A stretch of DNA of 64,000 nt, from contig OZ251252.1 of assembly GCA_965240325.2 (NCBI GenBank), forward strand, positions 186,001 to 250,000, given 5' to 3'. The notes under the pieces are model-generated. The model was not told the origin of the DNA, did no database searches, and saw only the letters and a list, made by a program, of their open reading frames with translations. The DNA comes from Rebecca billardiae RCC1528. Lineage: Eukaryota > Protista > Haptophyta. Shown here piece after piece: positions 1-10,542 of this stretch (positions are counted from its first letter, which is position 1; every line of letters starts with the position of its first letter). A program made the translations under genes and the position numbers.

Positions 1-44
1 GCCGCGCGGCGGTGCGGCGCCCGGCGCTTGGCTGCGGCGCTCAC

Positions 45-2698
45 CCTCTGACTGGATGGTGACGTCGGTGCCCATGATAGTGGTGAAGAGGAACCACGGG
101 ACGGGCAGGCCGATGAGGATGTCGAAGATGTTCGAGCCCAGCGAGGAGGACACCGCCATGTCGCCGTGCCCCTTCCGCGCGACCGCCATGCTGGAGAGGC
201 AGTCCGGGATGGACGTGCCGCCAGCCAGCAGCGTCAGCCCCATCACCGGCGCCGGGATATTCGCCGTGATGCCGAGCTCTGTCGCCATCCAGACCATGAA
301 GTAGGAGAGAAAGGCGATCCACACGATGGACATGAGGAAGGTGGCGAAGAAGAAGCGCTTGAACAGCGGGCGCCTGCAGTCCGGGATCGTCAGCCACATG
401 CTCAGCAGCAGCGGGAACGACAGCGCCCACACGAACCGACCGGTCGCAGAGCTCGGGAGTTCAAACGGATTCGACGGCTCGTTGTCGTCATCGTCCTCGC
501 CCTCGCCGCCGCCGTCGTCCGCGCCGCCGTCGGCGTCGGCGTCGGCGGGGTCGGGCCCGTGCTCCGCCGCGGCGGCGATCCCCGCCGCCACCCCGCGCCC
601 GCCGCCCGCCTCCGTGTCCTCGTCCCCCGGCGCGAACGCCCGCGGCCGCGGCCGCTCGTGCGCCGCGGCCGCTCGCACGAGCGCGTCGCCGCCGCCGTCG
701 GCGTCACCCATCGCCTCCGTGGTGAACGAGGCGTCGTCGGCGGGCACGGTGGGCACCGCGGGCACCGCGGCGGGCGCGGTCTTGCACGCGTGCGCCGGCT
801 GCGCCTCCGCCTCGGTGTTCGCGCGCGCCGCGCGCTCCCCCGCCGAGTACCGCGCCTCCGCCCCTCTCCACTCGGGCTCCGCTCGCTTAGTGAGCGCGCC
901 GAGCGCCGCCGCCGCCTTTGGCCTGTGGCCGATGGCGTGGTGGGCAGCGGCGTGGTGGTTGCCCTCCGGGGCGACGCGCACGATGGAGGGGCGGTGGCCC
1001 GAGGGCTGCACGCTCTCCCCGCCCGGCCGCTCGGCGCCGCCCAGCACCTGCTCGAAGAACGTGCGCTCCGCCGACAGGTGCACCTGCTGGCTCAGCGGGA
1101 TCGTGCCCGTGGGCGCGAGATTGAAATCTCCCTCGCGCACCTGCGTCGCGTTGTCGCGGTACGACTTTGCGAGCAGCCGGTAGAGCCGCGCGGCGCGGAG
1201 CACGCGCACGACGCGGATGAAGCGGAGCACGCGCAGCCCCGACGCCGTGCCCGAGCCCGTCCACGCCAGCTCGACGATGATCAGCAGCACGAGCACGCCG
1301 TCGAAGACGTTCAGCGCGTCCTGCCAGCACTGGAAGAACCCATAGCTGTACAGCTTGAGCGCAATCTCGGCGATGAAGATTGCGGCGCACGCGAGGTTGA
1401 CGCCTTCGAGCACGGCGGAGGCGAAGAGGTTGGAGAAGATGACCATGAAGACGTTCACCACGATCACCGCCATGATAAAGTACACGAACGGCTTCGACTC
1501 CACCAGCACCACCAGCCGCTCGCGGTGCGGCGGCCGCGGCTGCGTCTGCGCCTCGTACACCTTCCGCTCCGTCCACGCCTGCAAGGACTCGTTGTAATAC
1601 ATGATCGAGATATACCCGGCGTATAGGAAGAGCAGCGCGAGCGACTCCCACCAGGTCACCGCCTGCGCGCCGCACGCGCGGGCGCGCGAGAGCGCGCAGC
1701 CCGCCAGCCAGCCGACGCGGGGGCGCCGGGCGCACGGGTGAGCCCTCTGCCTCCGCCTCTGCCTCCGCCCGTCTCGCTCGGCAGCGCGCGCGCGCTGCGC
1801 CCGGCCGCGGGCGCGCGTCCGCCCACGCACAGGCGACGCGCCGGGCGGAGCGGCCCGCGAGGGCGTAGGGCGCACCGCGTGCGCGTGCACTGCCCACCCA
1901 GTCCACGCAGGCCGGGCCCCGCGCGGCCGCGCCGTGGCGGCGCGCGCACGACGGGCCACCGCCACGCGGACGGCGCGCGGGGCGCACCGCGCGCGCTGCC
2001 GCCGCGCCGCGGGCGGCGGTGCGCAGCACCTGGTCGGAGATGAATGCGACGAGGATGGCGATGGACGTGCAGTAGTAGACGGAGTCGCGCACGAGGGGCC
2101 ACCAGGTGAGCTGGAGGCCGGGCGCGACGAACGAGCACATCGCGATCACGAAGAGCACGTTGAAGATCGCCGAGCCCACGATCGTGCCGAAGCCGACGTC
2201 CGACTTGGCGACAAAGACGCCCATCACCGAGGTGGCGAGCTCGGGCGCGGAGCCGCCGGCCGCCATGAAGGTGGCGCCGGCGACGTCGTCCTTGAGGGCG
2301 AGCGAGTCGCAGATCTGCGACAGCGCAGCCTCGAAGTAGTCGTCGCACACGATCGCCAGCCCGAGGAACATGTAGAGCATCACGAGCACGTGCACGAGGA
2401 TCCAGCCGCGCGCCTTCTCCTCCGGGGTGAACGTGTCCTCGGGGAAGTCCGAGTCGACGACGCCGATGGGCGGGCAGGGCTGGAGCTCGGGGTCGTCTTC
2501 GAGCTGCCCGTCCAGCTGGAGAAGCCGCCTCGACGTCGCCTCGTCGGCCGTCGCGTGCGGCGCGGCCGCGCCGCCGGCCGGTCCGAGCGCGAGCTGGTAA
2601 AGGCAGACGCCGACGAGCGTGGCGACGAGCAGGCCGGCCTGCAGCGGGAGGACGCGCTCGCGCCGGCGGCGCTTGCGCACGAGGAGCGGCCCGGCCAT
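45..2698 (-). CDS. K+-dependent Na+/Ca2+ exchanger (NCKX/SLC24-like) with an inserted voltage-sensor domain; 3' end runs off the window
   Basis: ATG at 2698. Exon 1 is 2698-2030, GT-AG intron 2029-1663, exon 2 is 1662-45 (open frame), next donor GT at 44. Alpha-1 repeat GATFMAAGGSAPE...GTIVGSAIFNVL. Alpha-2 repeat GLTLLAAGTSIPD...AVSSSLGSNIFD. Four extra TM helices ending in LRVLRFIRVVRVLRAARLYRL lie at about 1515-1172. Confidence 0.92.
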
Positions 2699-3097
2699 CG
2701 CGCCGAGCCCGGCGCCGCGGGCGTGCTGCTTTGGCGGGCAGCGCCGCGCCCGGTGATCTGCCTTGCGGTTGCGTTCGCGGAGGGCAGGCTTTGCCCGCCC
2801 GGCGCCCAAGCCCGCGGGCGGCGGAGCTGATTGGCGCTGTAACTCTGTAAGTTAGGTAGATAGGTCCCATCGCCCACTATTCGCCATTAGGCGATTGGGA
2901 GCGCCGATTAGGCTCGACGGTTACGGAGCGCACCGCGATCGACGCGGGCCTATGGCGGACGGGGGTATGCGGGTAAAGTAGTGTAGTACTCACCGATAAG
3001 TGGATCCAGCGTATGATGATGGTGTCGGTCTGCCAAGCGCGACGACGGCCGGCGCGGACACCGAGCAGCCCGCAATCGCCCGGGCCAGCGCGGCCCT

Positions 3098-6000
3098 TCA
3101 GCCCGCGTCCTCCACCTCGAGGCGCGGGTCGGCGATGTCGACGCCCGCGCGCAGCTTCGTCCCGCACCCCGCCTCCTTCTCCACCGCCGCCGGGTACCGG
3201 CAGCCGAGGAACTTGACGTTGGCCCACACGACCGACAGCGCCTGCGCCTTGAGCTTGTCTTCCGAGCCCAGCGCCTCGACGCGGCCCCACCGCTCGGCGA
3301 CGTACGCGGCGCGCGCGCGGTACACGGCCATGCTCTCGCCCGGCTGCGCGCGGCGGGGTGGGCGCGGCGCGCACGCGCGTCACGCACCGCCGCCGCCGCC
3401 GCGCCGCCTCCCACGCACGTCGCACGCGCCAACAACGCACGGCCCCGCCGCGCCGCGCCGAGCGCGCGGCAAGAGCGCGCGCGCGCGAGCGAGCGCGCAC
3501 CTGCCGTCGCAGATAGTCCGGGAAGACGATGGGCGGCGGCGCGGGCTGCGGCGTCTCGTCCTGCTTCACGCCCTTCCCCTTCCGCGCCATCGCGAGCGCG
3601 TTGCTCGGCAGCGTGCCCGCCACCTGCACCGCGTCCAGCTCGCCCCAGTACCCGTCGTCCCAGACAGTCACGTCCAGCCCGATCTCAATCGCCCGACACA
3701 GGATGGCGGCGCACTTGGCCTGGGGGGCGGGGGAGGGGCGGGCACGGGCGCGTGTGCGCGCGCAAGCACGCACGCAAGCACGCGCACGAGAGGCGGCGCG
3801 GGGCGCGTGAGCGGGGGCGCGTGCCGAGGGGCAAGGCACTCGCCCCGCCGAGCGCCCGCAGCGCGCGCCGCCGCGCGCCGCGTGCCCCGCCCCCACCTGA
3901 TCCAGCTTTGGAGTGAACGCGCGCGGCTTCGCGCCCGCGGCGGCGCGCTTGGCCGCGCCGCCGCCCTTCGCCTCCCAGACGGTGACCCACTCGCGCGCGG
4001 TGCCCTTGCCGCCCGTGACCGCCGGGTCCGCCGCGAGCCGGATCGCGCACGTGTGCCCCGGGTTGAACGTCTCGTACACCGTTACGGACGTAACGACCAC
4101 CGGCCGCGCCAGCCCGATCCGCACCCACTCGCGCGAGGAGCCCGGGGCGGGCGCGGGCGCCCACGCCTGCGGGTGCGAGCCGCCGCCCGCGGCGAAGGCG
4201 ATGGGCTTGCCGAGGATGCAGCGCGCGCCGTGCTCCGCGCGGGAGAACTGCGACGAGAACCCGAGCACCGCGCTGCCGTGCTGCACCACCGCCGCGCCGC
4301 CCGCCGCGCCCACCTGCGCTGAGCCACCTCCCGGGTTGAGCGGAGACTTGGCGGCGGCGGCGCCGCCGCCGCCGCCGCCCCTGGAAGGCGGCGGCGCGCG
4401 CGGCTCGCCGGGCGAGGCGGGCGGCGCGGGCGGCGGCGGCGGCTTGGGGAAGGCGAAGGGGGCGCGCGCGCCACCGCCGCCACGCCGGGCCACGCCGCCC
4501 GCGGGCGGCGGGATCGCGGCGCCGCCGCCCGCGGGCGGCGGCGTCGCGGCGCCGCCGCCGTCGCCGCCGTCAGCGTCGGCCGCGCCGCCGGCCGGCGGCG
4601 CGCGCTCTCGCTTCGCGACGGTGAGCGCGCGCGCGGCGCCGCTGCCGCTCGACTTGGAGACGAGGCCGTGCGCGCGCGCCACGGTGTGCACGCACTTGCG
4701 CTCCTCCGCGCTCAGCTCCGCGTCGAGCGTGAGCGCCTGCGCGCCCGGGTCGGCGATAAAATTCTTGAGCAATTCCTCGACGCCCGATTTAATCGCCTTG
4801 GCGGCGGGCAGGTCGACGCAGCCGAGCCCGACGCCCTCGGGCACGGCGACGGCCTCGATGGGGGCGGCGGGGCCCTGCCGCTCCTTCCCGAGGCCCTGCC
4901 CCGGCGCCCACCCCAGCGACTTGAGCAGCTCGAAGCCGAAGCCCTCGCCCACCTCCGCCGCGCCCGCGCCCACGGTGCCGCCGGCCGCGCGCAGCGCGGC
5001 GCGGCCGAGCCGGCCGCCGCCGCCGCCGCCGCCGTCGTCGTCGCCGTCGTCGTCGTCGTCGGCCGCGTCGGCCGCGTCGGGCGCGGCCGCGCCGGGCGCG
5101 GCGGCGTCCGAGCTGCCGCCCGCCGCGCCCGCGGGCTCGTCGAACGCGTCCCCCTCCGCCGCGCCCTCCACGTGCGGCGGCAGTGTCGCCCTGACAAACC
5201 GAATGTACGGCCCCGTAACGGCCCCCGTAACGGCCCCCGTAACGGCCGCGCCCGCAGTGGGAGCGCCCGCGCCCGCCGCGGCGGCGGCGTCCGCGGCGCG
5301 CTGCGCGCCCTCCTTCGGCCGCCGCGCGCCACCGCGCCGCCCGCCCCGCCGCCCGCGGCTGCTGTCGCCGCCGCCGGCGCTCAGCTCCGCCGCCGAGTCC
5401 GAGTCTGTCGCGTCGGCGGCGGCGGCCGAGGCGCGCGTCGCCACGCCCGGCTCGCACGCGGGCGTGTTGGGCGGCGTGGCGGTGGGCCGCGGCTCGGCCG
5501 CCGCGGCGGCGAGCGCGTGCGGCGGCAGCGCCGCCTCCTCCGCCTCCTCCGCCTCCTCGCCGCCCTCGGCGTACGAACCGTCGAGCGCGCGCGGGCCGGC
5601 GCGCACGCGGAGAGCTGAGAGTGTTGCCGCCTCCTGGCCCTTGGTCGCGGCGCCGAGCTCGAGCGCGTCCGGCAGCGCCGCCGCCGCGCCGAGCACGAGC
5701 TCGAGCGCCGTCGCGCACCCGTACGCCCGCGGCGCCAGCCCCACGCCGAACCGCTGCTGGTACGCGTGCGCCAGCTGAAGGCCTGTGACGTCGACGCCCG
5801 AGCCGCGCGCGAGCACGAGCTCGACGAGCGCGGCGCCGAGGGCGGAGAGCGTGGGCGGCGGCGGCGGGCGGCCGGCGGCGGGCTTGGGCGGCGTCGCGGA
5901 TGCGCCGCCGCCGCGCCCGCCCGCCAGCATCGTCGAGACGGGCACGAGCGGCGCGTCGGGCGGCGCGGCGGCGCGCGGCGCGGCCGGCCGCCCCACGAGC

Positions 6001-6335
6001 GCCGAGGGCTGGAGCGCCGCGGGCGGCGGGGGCATGTAGGCCTGCGGCGGCATCATCGGGTACATGCCGGCGGGTGGCAGCGGAAGCATCACGCCCGGCC
6101 CGAGCTGCGGCGCCATCGGCATCGGGCCGCCGCCGCCCGCGCCGCGCGCGCCGCGGCCGCGCGCGCCGCGGCCGCGCGCGGCCGCGGGCGGCACGCTACC
6201 GCTGCCGCGGCCGCGCATGGCGGTGCGGCCGAGGCCGCGCGCGCCGCCGCGCCCGCGCGGAGCACCACCGCCACCGCACAGCTGCGTCGGCGCCGGGAGG
6301 CTGCCCACGTCTGGCGCCGCGCCGCTGCTCGACAT
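3098..6335 (-). CDS. NKRF-like RNA-processing protein: LOTUS/OST-HTH-like + G-patch + R3H + beta-sandwich + C-terminal XRN2-binding (XTBD)-like domain
   Basis: ATG at 6335, introns 3896-3720 and 3500-3344, stop at 3098. G-patch GFGFELLKSLGWAPGQGLGKERQG..EGVGLG. R3H LSAEERKCVHTVARAHGLVSKSSGSGAARAL. XTBD-like RQPGESMAVYRARAAY..ALSVVWANVKFLGCRYP. Confidence 0.8.
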
Positions 6336-6746
6336 GGCGCCGCGCGAGCCCAGGGCTGAGTGTGGCTGCTGAGCTAGCGCCGCGCGCGAGCCAGCTCCCG
6401 CCGCAAGCCGCCGCCGAGGCCGTGTCGACTGTCGAGCGAGGGGAGAGTCCGGCTCGCCGGGTTGACGAGATTCCGGGAGGAGGCGCAACTTTTCGCGCGG
6501 CGGCGTGAAAAGATCAAACGCGGCAAAGTCTGAAAATCGCGCGGCAGTCGTCGATTTCCAGGCGTGCTCGCGCAGTCGCGCGTGATTTCTCGCGAGCGGT
6601 TTGAAATAAAGACGCTTGGCGCAAAAAAGCAAGAGAATCGCAGCGCCGCCCAGCCAGCAAGGGTGGTGGCCCCGGCAAACGCAGGCCGGGCCGCGCGCGC
6701 GCCTCCGGGCACAGCCCTGAGGCAGCTGTCGGGCGCGCGCTGCCCG

Positions 6747-8396
6747 ATGGCGGCCGCCGCCCCGGGCGAGCCGCCCGCGCTCCGCTCGCGCCGCGCCGCC
6801 GCGCCGCTATGCGCCGCGCTCGCACTGGTCTCGACGGTCGGCGCGCTGGCCGCGCTCGGCGCCGGCCGCGCGCCGGCACGGCAGGAGGGCGAGTCCGCGG
6901 GCGAGCCCGGCCCGATGCGCATCGCGATCCTCGGCTCCTCCCACGCCGCGCACGTCGGCGCCGGGCTGCAGGAGGTCCTCCCGCCCGCCGACTTTGAGGT
7001 GCGAGACTTCACGACGGACGCGGCGACGATGTGGAAGAACGTCTCGTGGTGCGGAGGTGTGGCGCATGCACATTGGCGCCGCGCGCGCGCCGCTGGCGGG
7101 CGCGGGCGCGGCTGGGGTGGCTGCGTGCGCGCGCGCGCGCTCCGCGCGCCGGCGGGCGAGAGGATGGCACTGTCTGCCATGCGCGCGCGGCCTGGCGTGC
7201 CCGCGCCGGAGCGCCGGAGCGCCGCGCGCCGCGCGCCGCGCGCCGCCGCGCGAGCACACGCCCCGGCGTGGCGTGGGCGTGCGGCCTGAGCGCGTTTCGC
7301 GCACGGCCCGCCCGCGCGCCCCGCCAGGCATCCACTTCCCCATCTGGAAGTTCCTCCCGGGCGTGGACGCGTACAGCCCGCACGTGGTGATCCTAAGCAC
7401 CGGCGCGTCCGACTCGCGCGGCTGCTTCTGGGATCCGGAGGTGGAGGGGCGGCCGTTGGGCGCGTACTACGGGCAGAACCTGAAGCAGATGGTGGCGCGG
7501 CTCACCGCGCGCGGGTACTACGTCCTCTTCGTCACGCCGCCCGCCTTCCTGCGCGGCCGCCAGATCTACGGCAACTGCGATTCCGCCGAGAAGCTTTTTG
7601 GGCACGGCGACCCGAAGCACTGCTTCAACCGCTCGCGGATCGACACGTCCGTCGTGCCGCTGCAGCGCTACCTGGTGCGCGCGTGGCGGGCGTCGCGCGG
7701 TGTTGCGCTGTGTGTGCGCGCGCGCGTCTCCGCGAGTGTGCCCGCGCGCGTGCGGGGCGCGTGGGAAGCAACGTGCACGCCGCGCGCGTCGCAGGCTGGG
7801 CCCGGCCGGGCACGCCCGCCCGCACGCCCGCACGCACGCGTCGCGCTGCCGCTGCCGCCCGCCTCTCCTGACGCCCGCCTCTGCCGCCGCGCGCGCAGGC
7901 CACGCGCATGTGGAACGTGGGCCTGTACGACCTGCACGCGCTCACGCGCGACGCCGAGCGCCTCGGCCGCACGAGCGCGATCTACCGCGACTGCGCCCAC
8001 CTGAAGGACGCCAGCGCCGCCTACGAGCTGTACGGCCGTCTGCGCACGATGCTCGAGAGCGTGCGCGAGGCGGTGCTCGGCGAGGGCTCGGCGCAGCTGT
8101 GCGCGTCGGTGCGCTGCCGCCGGCACAACGCGGAGGTCGCGCCCGACGGCGCGCCCGTCCCCGAGCCCTTTGTCCTCGACGACGTCGACCTGAGCGACGA
8201 GTCTGTGTTCCTACTGCGGCGGAGCGGCCCTCCGCCCGCCGTGCAGTACGCGCAGCGCGCCGGCAGGCGGCTGCTGCTCGGCCGAGCGCAGCCGCAGTGG
8301 CACGAGCGCCGACGCGGAGCGGCCGCCGAGGGAGTGGCGGGCGCAGGCGACGCCACGCGCGCATCCAGCGGCTGGCGGCCAGTACTGCACACATGA
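6747..8396 (+). CDS. SGNH/GDSL-like hydrolase or acyl-esterase with N-terminal hydrophobic anchor
   Basis: Exons 6747-7056, 7328-7674 and 7899-8396 splice in frame. Block I-like IAILGSSHA, block III-like VVILSTGASD, DxxH motif RDCAHL. Confidence 0.7.
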
Positions 8397-9308
8397 CGGC
8401 GGGGCCGCGCGGGGCCGCGCCATGTCAAAACGGTGCCCGCGGATCAGCGGCGGCACGTTCTGATACTGCTGTTTCGTCAATGATGGTCATGGTGGTGGCA
8501 CAGCGGCAGCGGCAGCCTGGCGCGACGATGCCGTGGCGTGAGGCGGCGTCCCGCCAGTGCGCTGTCGCAATGTTTCCTGCTCTGCGGTCAGTCGTTCGCG
8601 TGGCCCCGGTTTCAGGCCTCAGGGCCACATATAAATAAATATAATAATATATCTGCGATATTCCGATCCACATTCGCAGTCGCTCGTCGTAGCAGTGTCT
8701 GTAGCAGGCTCAGTAGGAGTCACAAGCCCACGGCCGCTGGCCGGGGCCACGGCCCGCCGGCCGGCCCGCGCCATTACAGTTTACACAGTTAGATCATCTG
8801 ATCACTGCTACTTATATGTGCTACTTATATATATAATAATATATGATGAAAAACGCGCGCTTTATTATTGATATGCTGCTGCTGATTATTCAGTTGGGCG
8901 CGACTGGCGCCGCTCATCACGCGGGTAGGTGGGCCCACTGGCTACTGTGGGATTATAGTGGCGCAGAGCGCGAGCTCATAGCGCGGTGTTCACTTTCGTC
9001 TCGAGCTGGATTCCAGCCCCATGAGATGGCCCCTGGCCTGCCTGGTAAAAAAACCAGTGGTACATGCTGTAAATATAGGGCGTAACGGTGACCCTATTTA
9101 CTTATTGGAAATGGCCTGTGACCAATGTAACGACCATGTAACGGGCGTCTTAAACGTGATATATAGGGTCGACAGACGTCACTTTGATATAGCACTAGTT
9201 GATGAGCTGATCATAGGTCTTCAGCAGCATGCACACTCATTGTCACATATACGGCGTATATGGGTACTCTGAGAATACGGGATAACGACCGTTATACCCG
9301 TGCGTTAC

Positions 9309-10542
9309 TGTCGAAGGGAATGAAGAGCCCGAAACGACTGAGCTAAATCGGTTCGCGCGAACCAATTTAGCTCAGTCGTTTCGGGCTCTTCAACTCCTCG
9401 GACATAACCGTAAGTCTCCTGTGGGACATAATAACCCCGCGAGGGGCTGTAGTCCCGTCCAGTGTTCTGACGGATTTGTTGTCGAGGTTTTTCTCTCCCC
9501 GCCTGGTCTTTCCCAGGTGTTCCACCCTGCGTGCTCGTCTGCTCTGTGGCTTCGTAGAGACTCCGTCTTTTGTGGGCGGTGAGCCCTTCTTTGCTGCTGT
9601 GGCTTTGTGAGGCTCTTTTTGTGTCTTTGTTGTTCACCCGGGCGACTGTACCCGGAGGTTGCGCGTCGCGTACCGTGCTCGTTTTTCTGTCGTCTTTCTT
9701 TGTCGGTCATCTTCTTCGTGCTCCCCTCTTTTCGTTCGTCTTTTTGCCGACTCCTCGCTTTTCATTCCCCCCCGGAGCCGCGAGGCTCTCGCGAGGTCGA
9801 AAGCGCTTCGCGTGAAAGGCCAAGAGTTGCCCGCGTCGGTCGGTCGCTGGATTCGAACAGGTGACTTTACGGTTGTGTCCGAGGAGTTGAAGAGCCCGAA
9901 ACGACTGAGCTAAATTGGTTCGCGCCAACCGATTTAGCTCAGTCGTTTCGGGCTCTTCATTCCCTTCGACACAACCGTAAAGTCACCTGTTCGAATCCAG
10001 CGACCGACCGACGCGGGCAACTCTAGTGGCCTTTCACGCGAAGCGCTTTCGACCTCGCGAGAGCCTCGCGGCTCCGGGGGGGAATGAAAAGCGAGGAGTC
10101 GGCAAAAAGACGAACGAAAGAGGGGAGCACGAAGAAGATGACCGACAAAGAAAGACGACGACCACAAAAAAAAAACGAGCACGGTCCGCGACGCGCAACC
10201 TCCGGGTACAGTCGCCCGGGTGAACAACAAAGACACAAAAAGAGCCTCACAAAGCCACAGCAGCAAAGAAGGGCTCACCGCCCACAAAAGACGGAGTCTC
10301 TACGAAGCCACAGAGCAGACGAGCACGCAGGGTGGAACACCTGGGAAAGACCAGGCGGGGAGAGAAAAACCTCGACAACAAATCCGTCAGAACACTGGAC
10401 GGGACTACAGCCCCTCGCGGGGTGTCCCACAGGAGACTTACGGTTATGTCGAAGGGAATGAAGAGCCCGAAACGACTGAGCTAAATCGGTTGGCGCGAAC
10501 CAATTTAGCTCAGTCGTTTCGGGCTCTTCAACTCCTCGGACA
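9309..10542. mobile_element. Non-autonomous palindromic element H-A-H'-A'-H with 96-bp hairpin units, TG..CA termini and GTTAC target-site duplication
   Basis: H1 9309-9404, H2 9876-9971 (inverted), H3 10447-10542. A 9405-9875 and A' 9972-10446 are diverged reverse complements. GTTAC occurs at 9304-9308 and 10543-10547. Confidence 0.88.
9935..9998 (+). promoter_or_regulatory. tRNA-derived Pol III type-2 promoter (A box + B box); a mirror copy lies on the minus strand at 9912-9849
   Basis: A box TAGCTCAGTCG at 9935-9945 with D-arm GCTC/GGGC. B box GTTCGAATCC at 9989-9998. Confidence 0.6.

Noticed and set aside
9309-9404. Hammerhead ribozyme (GAAAC and CTGA present)
   Set aside because: There is no CTGANGA core, and the motifs are locked in the long hairpin.
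9309-10542. CRISPR array or functional tRNA genes
   Set aside because: The repeats are 96 bp, alternate in orientation and are separated by two copies of the same core rather than unique spacers. The tRNA-like parts lack proper anticodon and acceptor stems.
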